NCBI GenBank assembly: GCA_964404255.1
Contig: CAYOJJ010000018.1
Span: forward strand, 356 to 64,355
Length of the DNA: 64,000 nt
Direction of reading: 5' to 3'
Origin: an uncultured Alphaproteobacteria bacterium
GTDB lineage: Bacteria > Bacteroidota > Ignavibacteria > Palsa-1295
Part shown: positions 37,000 to 45,501 of the stretch, one piece after another
How the letters are laid out: the number at the start of each line of letters is the position of its first letter
Position numbering within the stretch: the first letter of the stretch is position 1
Translations under genes and position numbers: made by a program
The notes under the pieces: model-generated
Seen by the model: the letters and a program-made list of their open reading frames with translations, nothing else
Database searches by the model: none
What the model was told of the DNA's origin: nothing

Positions 37000-38267
37000 A
37001 ATTATATACCGGTATCTTTTATCCGTTTTACATAGCTGGCCGCTTTATCCGGCATCGTCGCAATGACGAACAGGGAAATCCGTCAAAGAAACGGTTCGTC
37101 TCTTTCATTATTGCTATCGCCATTGGGGCAGTAGGTCTTGGAACAGCTACCCTTATCGTAGCGCTTTCCATTCTTTCCGGATTTGAAAAGACACTAACCA
37201 ATAACGTGATCGGTTATACAGCCCATGCCGAGATCAGTTCATTTGGCAATCGCCCCCTGCCGGATTATCCTACTACTTTACGAATATTACCGAAGAAATT
37301 CCAGCACGTAAAAACGATCGTGCCGATGGTCGAGCAGGAAGTAGTACTGCGCAGTTCGAAGGGGATAGCCGGAGTCGTTATGCAGGGAGTACCGGTCGGT
37401 GATTCACTTACGCTGGCCTTTAAGCGTTTGAAATATGGCCGGGCGCCTTCGGATCAATATAGCGATTCTATTCCTGAAGTAATTCTTAGCAGCGGGACTG
37501 CCAAAGAACTGCATACCGATACCGGAAAGATCATTACCGTCTTTCGGTTTTTTGAAGGGATGCAAAGCCGCGAAGATGTCATTAGTAATCTTATGCGCTT
37601 CCGGGTCGTCGGTATTTTCGAAACCGGAATGACCGAATACGATAACAGCCTCTCCTATACCACTCTTGCTTCGGCACAGCATTTACGCAGAATCAGCCCG
37701 ACACAGGTTAGCGGCTTCCGTTTACTTGTCGATGATCTGAACCAGGTTAATGAGATCAGTTCGAGTATCCGCCGCTACCTTCCCTATCCCTATTTCATCC
37801 AGACGGTCTATGAAATGTACCCGACCATCTTTGGCTGGATCGAACTACAAAAAAAGCCGATTCCCATTATTCTCGGATTGATCATTATTGTGGCGGCCTT
37901 TAATGTCATTTCGACCTTGCTCATTCTGGTGATCGAAAAGACGCGCCAGATCGGGGTACTGAAATCGCTCGGCGCGGCAAATGCATCTATTCTTTCTATC
38001 TTTGTTTCCGAAGGCGCTTATATTGCTGTTACCGGTACGATTATCGGAAATATAATTGCCTTTGTGCTTTGCTATTTACAATTGCATTATCAATTCTTCA
38101 AACTCCGTGCCGATATCTATTTTATGCCAAGCGTCCCGATTTCCATTGAATGGCAGCACTATGTAATTGTAAGTGCCATTGCACTGACGATCACTATCAC
38201 TTCTGCCATTATACCGGCGCGAATTGCTACGAAGATCACTCCAATTAAAGCGTTAAAATTCGGATGA
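36987..38267 (+). CDS. LolC/LolE-like (FtsX/MacB-type) ABC transporter permease; start codon unresolved
   Basis: C-terminal FtsX domain (KPIPIILGLIIIVAAFNVISTL..IGVLKSLGA). The conserved N-terminal YPFYIAGRFIRHRRN plus TM1 (FIIAIAIGAVGLGTATLIVALSILSGFEK) is encoded in frame at 37020-37190. There is no ATG, GTG or TTG between the upstream stop (36969-36971) and GTG 37206. ATT 36987 is listed only as a placeholder start. Confidence 0.65.
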   Translation: MAVLKLYTGIFYPFYIAGRFIRHRRNDEQGNPSKKRFVSFIIAIAIGAVGLGTATLIVALSILSGFEKTLTNNVIGYTAHAEISSFGNRPLPDYPTTLRILPKKFQHVKTIVPMVEQEVVLRSSKGIAGVVMQGVPVGDSLTLAFKRLKYGRAPSDQYSDSIPEVILSSGTAKELHTDTGKIITVFRFFEGMQSREDVISNLMRFRVVGIFETGMTEYDNSLSYTTLASAQHLRRISPTQVSGFRLLVDDLNQVNEISSSIRRYLPYPYFIQTVYEMYPTIFGWIELQKKPIPIILGLIIIVAAFNVISTLLILVIEKTRQIGVLKSLGAANASILSIFVSEGAYIAVTGTIIGNIIAFVLCYLQLHYQFFKLRADIYFMPSVPISIEWQHYVIVSAIALTITITSAIIPARIATKITPIKALKFG

Positions 38268-38668
38268 TACCGGTTGAAGTCGTAACGGCGTTATTGATCA
38301 GAGACGGTAAAGTTCTTATGGGCGAACGCCATGAGAAAAAGCTCTACCCTTTTCATTGGGAGTTTCCAGGTGGGAAAGTTGAGTCGAACGAGACATTACT
38401 TGAAGCCCTGAAGCGCGAACTTACCGAAGAACTTGAAATAGAGCTGGTATCAGCCGCCCCCTATTTCGAAGATACGATGACCTATTCGAATGGCATCACC
38501 TATCATGTAACATTCTTCGTCGTTACAGAATTTATTGGCGAACCCCAAAATACCGAGTTCAATGCCATCGGCTGGTTCGATGCAGAAACGCTACCATCAC
38601 TACAGCATTTAAGCGGTAATAAAGCTATCCTCGATAGATTATTTTCCGAAGGAATTCCGGCACAGTGA
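38264..38668 (+). CDS. mutT: MutT-like NUDIX hydrolase (8-oxo-dGTP diphosphatase type)
   Basis: Nudix box GGKVESNETLLEALKRELTEELEI. An ATGA overlap links it to the upstream gene. Confidence 0.72.
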   Translation: MIPVEVVTALLIRDGKVLMGERHEKKLYPFHWEFPGGKVESNETLLEALKRELTEELEIELVSAAPYFEDTMTYSNGITYHVTFFVVTEFIGEPQNTEFNAIGWFDAETLPSLQHLSGNKAILDRLFSEGIPAQ

Positions 38669-39588
38669 GAAAACAGCAACGAGAACGGCTGCTGGAAGCG
38701 CGGCGTCTTCTGTTGCGGTGGCACAATAATAATGCCCGGCCTTTTTCCTGGCGCGGGAAAATTCGAGATCCGTATTCCGTTCTCTTATGCGAACTCATGG
38801 GCCAGCAAACCCAGGCTACCCGTATCGAAGAATACCTTAAGCGCTTTTTAAGTCATTTCACTTCCCCATCGGAGCTTGCTGCAGCTTCACAGCCTCAGAT
38901 TCTTCGCCTGTGGCAAGGTCTCGGTTATAACCGCCGCGCTATTAATCTGCACCGGGCAATGAAAGCGATCGCTACCGATCATAATAATACAGTCCCGAAT
39001 AATTACGAACAGTTACTCGATTTACCGGGCGTTGGTCCTTATACGGCAAAAGCGGTGCTTGTCTTTGCATACGAAGAACCTTATTCTGCTATCGATGTGA
39101 ATGTCAGCCGCGTAATTACAAGGCTTTATTCCCGGACGACCAAACATGAGACGCTGCTACCTATAAAACAGGTGGAAGAAATCGCCGATAGTATTTTACC
39201 GAAAAAGCAGGTAAGAGCCTGGCATGAAGCGCTAATGGATCTCGGTGCAATGATTTGCATAAAGCGAGCGCCGAAATGCAATAGCTGTCCGTTAAAAGAA
39301 GTCTGTCCTTCAACTGGCCTTGGCACGAAGCAACGTAAAGATAAAATCCCGGCCAATCGTACTGTGGAAAAGCTGTATTTCGAACATCCGAAGCGTATCT
39401 GGCGCGGAAGGGTCTTAAAATATATCAGTAATAATTCCGGTGCGAGCCGGCAGGCAATTGGCGCATATCTTCGAAAGAATTTCAATCTGAATCCCGCACA
39501 AAGCACGACCATTTTATCGCTTGTGCTCCCCGAGCTCAAAGAAGAAGGATTCATACAGATCATGGGCAGGAGGATAGAACTTGCCTGA
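38665..39588 (+). CDS. mutY: A/G-specific adenine DNA glycosylase (MutY family, HhH-GPD with 4Fe-4S cluster loop)
   Basis: PYSVLLCELMGQQTQ, LWQGLGYNRRA, LPGVGPYTA, and Cys cluster C-x6-C-x2-C-x5-C (CIKRAPKCNSCPLKEVC). GTG start overlaps the mutT stop (GTGA). Confidence 0.8.
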   Translation: MRKQQRERLLEARRLLLRWHNNNARPFSWRGKIRDPYSVLLCELMGQQTQATRIEEYLKRFLSHFTSPSELAAASQPQILRLWQGLGYNRRAINLHRAMKAIATDHNNTVPNNYEQLLDLPGVGPYTAKAVLVFAYEEPYSAIDVNVSRVITRLYSRTTKHETLLPIKQVEEIADSILPKKQVRAWHEALMDLGAMICIKRAPKCNSCPLKEVCPSTGLGTKQRKDKIPANRTVEKLYFEHPKRIWRGRVLKYISNNSGASRQAIGAYLRKNFNLNPAQSTTILSLVLPELKEEGFIQIMGRRIELA

Positions 39589-40207
39589 GCTTCCCGAACC
39601 CTGGAAAAGCGCATATCAGGCAAGCACGGACGCTATTAAAAACAGGCTCTCCGATTTTGCCGCTATTCCAAGAGAAGAGTATTTTTACGAGTTAATCTTT
39701 TGTATTCTCACTCCGCAATCAAGTGCAAGAAATGCCGAAGCTACAATAGCTAAGTTACAAACAGGTGCATTTTTTGAGAAGGGGTTCGATCCCACGGAAG
39801 TACTTCGCCATAGCGAGCACTATATTCGTTTTCATAATACAAAAGCGAGAAGATTACTTCGCATTCGTGAGGAATATTCGGATATTGTTGCTTTAATAGC
39901 AGCCGAATATGAAGACCCCATTGCTTTCAGGCAACAGTTGAGAGAAAAAGTACCGGGATTCGGGTTAAAAGAAACATCACATTTTTTACGCAATATCGGT
40001 TTTCGGAATTTTGCTATTTTAGACCGACATATTTTAAAGCATCTTCAGCGGCTGGACGTAATAAAAAGTATTCCCACAAGCATGACCGATAAGCAGTACT
40101 TATCCATAGAGGAAAAATGGAAAAAATATGCGAAGGAAATTGGCATCCCACTCGATGAACTCGATCTGCTGTTTTGGAGTATGGAAACCGGAGAAATTCG
40201 AAAGTGA
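39581..40207 (+). CDS. ogg: 8-oxoguanine DNA glycosylase/AP lyase, Ogg2 (archaeal/Thermotoga) type
   Basis: FCILTPQSSA, FHNTKARRL, GFGLKETSHFLRNIGF..AILDRHI (catalytic Lys and Asp context of Ogg2). TTG start overlaps the mutY stop. Confidence 0.72.
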   Translation: MPELPEPWKSAYQASTDAIKNRLSDFAAIPREEYFYELIFCILTPQSSARNAEATIAKLQTGAFFEKGFDPTEVLRHSEHYIRFHNTKARRLLRIREEYSDIVALIAAEYEDPIAFRQQLREKVPGFGLKETSHFLRNIGFRNFAILDRHILKHLQRLDVIKSIPTSMTDKQYLSIEEKWKKYAKEIGIPLDELDLLFWSMETGEIRK

Positions 40208-40209
40208 GC

Positions 40210-41457
40210 TTACGGGGTATCGGTTATCGTATGCTCGATGAGGCCCTCGATGCCATGAGAATGGCCGCCCAATAAATGTCCTAATTTTTTGCGCTTGGTT
40301 TCCAGATAAGCAGCATTTGCTTCGCCGGCCGGAATATCGATCGGTACTCTTCCAACTACTTCCAACCCATAACTACCGAGGCCAACGATCTTTTTCGGAT
40401 TATTAGTCAGAAGTTTCATTTTATTAATACCGAGATCGGCAAGTATCTGCGCGCCAATGCCATAATCACGAAGATCGGCCTTGAAGCCCAATGCTTCATT
40501 CGCTTCAACGGTATCCTTGCCTTCTTCCTGAAGTTTGTATGCCTTCAACTTATTGGCTAAACCAATACCACGTCCTTCCTGACGCATATACAGCACTACC
40601 CCACGCCCTGCTTTTTCTACCATCATCATGGCGGCATGAAGCTGATCCTGGCAATCGCATCGAAGCGAGCCAAGGGTATCACCGGTAAAACACTCCGAGT
40701 GCACGCGTACCAATGGCGGCTCTCCAGTAGCTACATCGCCTTTTGTTAAAGCAATATGCTCTTTACCATCGACCTTGTTTTTATATAGATGAAGCTTGAA
40801 ATCGCCATAGTAGGTTGGTAGCATCACCTCTACAACTTTTTCGATAAGCTTTTCGCGCTCGGTGCGGTACTTGATAAGATCCTGCACCGATATGATCTTC
40901 ATATCGTGCTCATCGGCGATCTTGCGAAGCTGGGGTAAGCGCGCCATGGTCCCATCCTCATTGAGTATCTCTACAAGTACTCCTGCAGGATAAAAACCAG
41001 CCATGCGGGCAAGATCGACTGCTGCCTCAGTATGCCCTGCCCGGCGAAGCACTCCTTCATCGACAGCTCGAAGCGGGAAAATATGTCCCGGCCGCGCGAA
41101 ATCCCGCGAACCGGCAGAAGGATTGGCTAAAGCACGAACCGTTGCGGCCCTATCGCTGACGGAGACGCCGGTGGTAGTACCATGTACATAATCGACCGTG
41201 ACCGTGAAGGGCGTACCATGCAAAGCAGTATTGACATCGACCATCATTGAAAGATCGAGATCGCGGGCTCTCGCTTCGGTGATCGGCGCACAGACCACTC
41301 CGCGGCCATAGCGGGTCATGAAGTTGATCGTTTCCGGAGTCGTTACTTCGGCAGCCGTAATAAAATCGCCTTCGTTTTCCCTGTCTTCGTCATCGACAAC
41401 AATGACAAGCTTGCCTTTTTTTATATCGGCTATTGCAGCATCGATCGAATCGAGCAT
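40210..41457 (-). CDS. ribBA: Bifunctional 3,4-dihydroxy-2-butanone-4-phosphate synthase / GTP cyclohydrolase II
   Basis: [11 protein letters not shown] (RibB) and [18 protein letters not shown] (RibA) motifs. Confidence 0.92.
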   Translation of the reverse strand: MLDSIDAAIADIKKGKLVIVVDDEDRENEGDFITAAEVTTPETINFMTRYGRGVVCAPITEARARDLDLSMMVDVNTALHGTPFTVTVDYVHGTTTGVSVSDRAATVRALANPSAGSRDFARPGHIFPLRAVDEGVLRRAGHTEAAVDLARMAGFYPAGVLVEILNEDGTMARLPQLRKIADEHDMKIISVQDLIKYRTEREKLIEKVVEVMLPTYYGDFKLHLYKNKVDGKEHIALTKGDVATGEPPLVRVHSECFTGDTLGSLRCDCQDQLHAAMMMVEKAGRGVVLYMRQEGRGIGLANKLKAYKLQEEGKDTVEANEALGFKADLRDYGIGAQILADLGINKMKLLTNNPKKIVGLGSYGLEVVGRVPIDIPAGEANAAYLETKRKKLGHLLGGHSHGIEGLIEHTITDTP

Positions 41458-41489
41458 GGCCTTCCCTCTCTATAAAACCTGGAAAATTC

Positions 41490-41819
41490 TTATTTAGGGA
41501 TGATCGCCGTTACAGCAGTCTTTTCAAAACGGATCTTGGTATTTTCAGCAACTTCTACCAAGATAGTCTTATCTTCGAGAGCGGTAATTTTTCCATGCAT
41601 GCCGCCGGAAAGGATTACCTTGTCTCCTTTATCCATCTTAGAAAGCTGTTCATCGCGCTCTTTCTGGCGTTTGCGCTGCGGACGGAGGATCATAAAATAG
41701 AAGATCAACCCGATAGAGGCGAACATAATAAGTGTGGAAGTAAGGCTGGAAGCCGGGTCCTGCCCTCCACCCTGGGGTGCCATTAAAATAACGGCAAGAG
41801 AAGATAAATTCATGGTCAT
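41490..41819 (-). CDS. yajC: Preprotein translocase subunit YajC
   Basis: Single TM followed by ILRPQRKRQKE..GDKVILSGGMHGKI. Confidence 0.85.
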   Translation of the reverse strand: MTMNLSSLAVILMAPQGGGQDPASSLTSTLIMFASIGLIFYFMILRPQRKRQKERDEQLSKMDKGDKVILSGGMHGKITALEDKTILVEVAENTKIRFEKTAVTAIIPK

Positions 41820-41879
41820 AAATTAGTTAGATTAATAAAACAGATATCGGGCTCAAAACATTCTTCCCGGCGAAACTGC

Positions 41880-43007
41880 CTATTTTATTGCAGTATATTG
41901 TCCTATAAAAGCGGCTTTCCATGAGATAAAGGTGCCATCAAGAATAGCCTGCCTTGCTTCGCGAACAAGCTGCTGGTAAAAAGAGATATTGTGCATGGTA
42001 GCAAGAACAGCTCCAAGGATTTCACCGCAGGTAAAGAGATGGCTCAGATAGGCCTTTGAAAAATTAGTTGAAGCATAGGAATCAGTATGCTCATCGATAG
42101 GGCTAAAATCCGTTTTATATTTTGAGTTCTTTATATTTATCTTTCCATTGCGCGTAAAGAGTTGCCCGTTTCGTGCATTTCTGCTTGGTAAAACACAATC
42201 GAACATATCGACTCCGCGCGCGATGCACTCGATAAGATCAAGCGGTGTACCCACACCCATGAGATACCGTGGCTTAGCCGGCGGAAGGACATCGGTGGTG
42301 ATATCGGTAACATCGTACATCACTTCATTTGGCTCACCGACGGCCAGACCACCGATAGCATAACCGAACGTATCGAGAGCCATCAGTTCTTCGGCGCAGC
42401 GTGTACGAAGATCGGGATGCACACCTCCCTGCACTATCAGAAAGAGGGCTTGCTCATAGCCATGTTTAGGTGTTGTCGCATGAAAATGAGTTACGGCACG
42501 ATGAGCCCAGCGGATCGTCCGTTCGACAGCCTTTTCAACAATCTTACGCTCTGCATTCGAAGGAGGGCATTCATCGAGAACCATCATAATATCAGGCCCA
42601 AGATCGCGCTCGATCTCAATAACTTTTTCCGGAGTGAAGATATGTTTTGAACCATCGAGATGGCTCTTAAAGGTTACTTCTTCATCGGTGATCTTTCTCA
42701 GATCTCCTAAAGAATATATCTGATACCCCCCGGAATCAGTAAGGACGGCTCCCTGCCAGTTGGCAAACTTATGAATGCCACCTGCTTCCCGGACGATCTC
42801 TGTACCCGGACGAAGATATAAGTGGTAAGCATTCCCGAGGCATATTCTCGCGCCGGTTTCCCAGAGATCACGAGGTGTTAGAGATTTTACGGTTGCCAGC
42901 GTTCCAACCGGCATAAAACATGGTGTTTCGATCTTCCCATGATCGGTTTCAAGAAGCGATGCCCGTGCTTTGCTCGTTGGATCGGTATGAAGAACCGTAA
43001 AGTTCAC
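41880..43007 (-). CDS. tgt: tRNA-guanine transglycosylase (queuine tRNA-ribosyltransferase)
   Basis: TPCFMPVGT, LTDSGGYQ, GGLAVGE, and DMFDCVLPSRNARNG. Confidence 0.92.
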   Translation of the reverse strand: MNFTVLHTDPTSKARASLLETDHGKIETPCFMPVGTLATVKSLTPRDLWETGARICLGNAYHLYLRPGTEIVREAGGIHKFANWQGAVLTDSGGYQIYSLGDLRKITDEEVTFKSHLDGSKHIFTPEKVIEIERDLGPDIMMVLDECPPSNAERKIVEKAVERTIRWAHRAVTHFHATTPKHGYEQALFLIVQGGVHPDLRTRCAEELMALDTFGYAIGGLAVGEPNEVMYDVTDITTDVLPPAKPRYLMGVGTPLDLIECIARGVDMFDCVLPSRNARNGQLFTRNGKINIKNSKYKTDFSPIDEHTDSYASTNFSKAYLSHLFTCGEILGAVLATMHNISFYQQLVREARQAILDGTFISWKAAFIGQYTAIK

Positions 43008-43657
43008 TGTTGCGAAGTATAGGGTAATAAGGGAAGCGAACGATGCGCTAATGCAACTTCAGCAGCATCGTTGGTCGCGATAAAAATAATAGACCCATTT
43101 TCAGCAGAACGTCTGATCTGCTCGTATAATCTTTCATTACCATTAGCATCAAGATTCGACCCCGGCTCATCGAGAAAGAGGAAGGGTGGGTCGGAGATGA
43201 AGGCCATCGCCAGTTTCACCCGCTGTTGCATTCCCGAACTATAAAACTTAACCTGACGGGCACTGCCTGCGATCGCTGCATCCAAGCCAAGAGTGGTTAG
43301 TAATGAAATCGCTGCATCGGAAGAAAGCGAAGCGCCGCGCAATTCAAAAATAAATTGCAGATGTTCGATCGCCGAAAGTTCGCCATAGAGCTCAAGATAT
43401 GGCGCCGCATAACCGATAGAGCGTTTAATCGCATCTTCATCAAGTACCGTATTATCGCTCGAGAGAGCTATTGTGCCTTTTGTCGGCTCCAGTACTTTAG
43501 CGAGAATCTTCAGAAGAGTAGATTTTCCGGTGCCATTGGAGCCTGTAATAGCTACGATCTCTCCCGAATGAACCTCTATATCAATTGGAGCAAACAACGG
43601 CCGGGCGCTGAAGCGCTTAAGGATTCCGGAAGCAGAGATCGAGACTCTTCGCCCCAC
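43004..43657 (-). CDS. ABC transporter ATP-binding protein
   Basis: Walker A GSNGTGKST, signature YSSGMQQR, and Walker B LFLDEP. A 4-nt overlap links it to tgt. Confidence 0.8.
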   Translation of the reverse strand: MGRRVSISASGILKRFSARPLFAPIDIEVHSGEIVAITGSNGTGKSTLLKILAKVLEPTKGTIALSSDNTVLDEDAIKRSIGYAAPYLELYGELSAIEHLQFIFELRGASLSSDAAISLLTTLGLDAAIAGSARQVKFYSSGMQQRVKLAMAFISDPPFLFLDEPGSNLDANGNERLYEQIRRSAENGSIIFIATNDAAEVALAHRSLPLLPYTSQQ

Positions 43658-43666
43658 AATAACTGA

Positions 43667-44185
43667 TTACTTCCCTTTTTTCGACAGCGACTTCTGCTCG
43701 CCCGCCTCGATAGCTCTGCGGCGTGCCAGGCGGTCTTTACGCCGGACCTGTGCAGCATTAAAACGCCGTTTCTCGTCTTTCGAAACAGGATTGAGCGGAG
43801 GAACCGGTACCGGGTGACCTATTTCATCGATCGCAACGAAGGTTAAATATCCCGTATTCACATGACGGTGATAGCCGGTATGTATATCTTCAACTTCGAC
43901 GCGCACGCCAACTTCCATCGAGGTATTGAACGCACGATTGACACTGGCTCGTAGATGGACGACTTGGCCAAGTTTTACCGGCCCGAGGAAATTGATCTCA
44001 TCCACGCTCGCCGTAACGCATACTTTGCCGGAATGCTTGGCAGCGGCAAGTGCTGCACAAATATCCATCCAATGCATCAGGGTACCACCTCGCAAATTAC
44101 CAAGCTGGTTCGTATCGTTCGGCAGAACGAGCTCGGTCATTTCGATCTGGGATTCGCGTACTTTTTTCGGTCTCGTGGTTCTCAT
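43667..44185 (-). CDS. Acyl-CoA thioesterase (hotdog fold, YciA-like)
   Basis: ELVLPNDTNQLGNLRGGTLMHWMD..VTASVDEINFL. Confidence 0.8.
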   Translation of the reverse strand: MRTTRPKKVRESQIEMTELVLPNDTNQLGNLRGGTLMHWMDICAALAAAKHSGKVCVTASVDEINFLGPVKLGQVVHLRASVNRAFNTSMEVGVRVEVEDIHTGYHRHVNTGYLTFVAIDEIGHPVPVPPLNPVSKDEKRRFNAAQVRRKDRLARRRAIEAGEQKSLSKKGK

Positions 44186-44955
44186 TTTAAAGAAAGCTGC
44201 TGGCGTAATGCTAACGCTCGTTGGCGCTGTGCCGGCGTTGCCGTAGATAAAAATCGTTCGTCAAAAGCAAGGATCGCATCCTGCGCTTCTTTATTTTTCT
44301 TTCGGCCAAATTGTACTTCTGCAATCCGCAATTGAGCCTCGATTGCCGAGGGAGTGTCGTAATAATTATCGATCACTCTGCCAAAATATTGTAGAGCCGA
44401 TTTATTATCAAGGAGCTTTATATATAATTCAGCCGAAAGTAATATCTTCAAGGCCTGCTTATTCCTGAGATCCGATATCCTGGTCTCGGCACTATCGAGC
44501 AATGATTTCGGAGCAGTGGAATAATCGCGCAAAAAGGTCTGGTATTCGTTGATCGCCGATTGGGTATAGGTTTGATCAAGCTCGGCACGCGGGGAAAGCT
44601 GGTCGTAACTTGAAGCAATCATATACTGTGCCCGCGGAGCCAGTGGAGAACTCGGATAATTTCTGCGAAGCGTTCTGAAATCGACTACCGCGCTGATGTA
44701 GGTGCCACTATTATAGCGAGCCATTCCTTCAAGGAACGTTGCTTCTGCAGCATAATCGGAACTTGGGGCTTGCAGACGGATCTCATCGAAGATCGCAATG
44801 GCTTCAAGCCACTTCTCATCCTGGTATTGCTTTTTGCCTTCGGCAAGGCGCTGCTCGATCGGGGTCGAACCAGCCGTCTGGGAAGGCTTTGAACCACCGC
44901 AACTGCCGAGCAATGCGGCAAAAAGACTAACGATAATTAAGTATTGTACCTTCAC
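44182..44955 (-). CDS. bamD: Outer membrane protein assembly factor BamD (TPR lipoprotein)
   Basis: Lipobox LLGSC, TPR-like repeats, and typical YfiO/BamD length. An ATGA overlap links it to the thioesterase gene. Confidence 0.72.
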   Translation of the reverse strand: MKVQYLIIVSLFAALLGSCGGSKPSQTAGSTPIEQRLAEGKKQYQDEKWLEAIAIFDEIRLQAPSSDYAAEATFLEGMARYNSGTYISAVVDFRTLRRNYPSSPLAPRAQYMIASSYDQLSPRAELDQTYTQSAINEYQTFLRDYSTAPKSLLDSAETRISDLRNKQALKILLSAELYIKLLDNKSALQYFGRVIDNYYDTPSAIEAQLRIAEVQFGRKKNKEAQDAILAFDERFLSTATPAQRQRALALRQQLSLK

Positions 44956-44958
44956 AGA

Positions 44959-45501
44959 TCAGCTTCGGATCATGAAAAATAATGCCACTATAACTACTGC
45001 CCCGACAGAAACAAGCACTGGCTGGGCTGTCGATTCCCAAAAGCCTTCCTCTTTTCCCTTGGGGCCAGTTATTGTACGCCCGGAGGAAATAATTGTATCA
45101 CAAAACAAAGGATGATTAGAGGAAAAATGGATCTCCATATCCGATGCGACCATTGTACCTTTTAAGGTGATCGAGCCACATAAGAAGGTCCGACCGTCGG
45201 GCGCATAGCTTTGATCGAGCCGGCGTTCTATCCTATCGAACCGTACCGAAAGCGACGCCCCGGTAATGGTGATCGGTTCATGAGAAAAGAAAGACGAATC
45301 GTCGTTGGAATATGACAGCGAATAAGAATGCGAACCAAGCGAATAGACCCGTTCTACCGAATCGAGAAATTTCCTGATGACGGGTTTACCTTCGCTAATA
45401 AATCTCGGATCCGAAAACTGAGTGGTCTGAGCTAAGCCATTGGCCCTTGCACAAACAAGGGCCAATAGCATAAGCACTACGATTCGGATTCCGCCAGGCA
45501 T
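44959..45501 (-). CDS. Hypothetical protein with signal peptide and C-terminal TM
   Basis: The ORF has N-terminal VVLMLLALVCARANG and a C-terminal hydrophobic segment. No motif recognised. Confidence 0.5.
   Translation of the reverse strand: MPGGIRIVVLMLLALVCARANGLAQTTQFSDPRFISEGKPVIRKFLDSVERVYSLGSHSYSLSYSNDDSSFFSHEPITITGASLSVRFDRIERRLDQSYAPDGRTFLCGSITLKGTMVASDMEIHFSSNHPLFCDTIISSGRTITGPKGKEEGFWESTAQPVLVSVGAVVIVALFFMIRS

Noticed and set aside
41458-41489. An FMN riboswitch was expected upstream of ribBA.
   Set aside because: Only 32 nt separate ribBA from yajC, which is far too short for the ~140-nt FMN aptamer.
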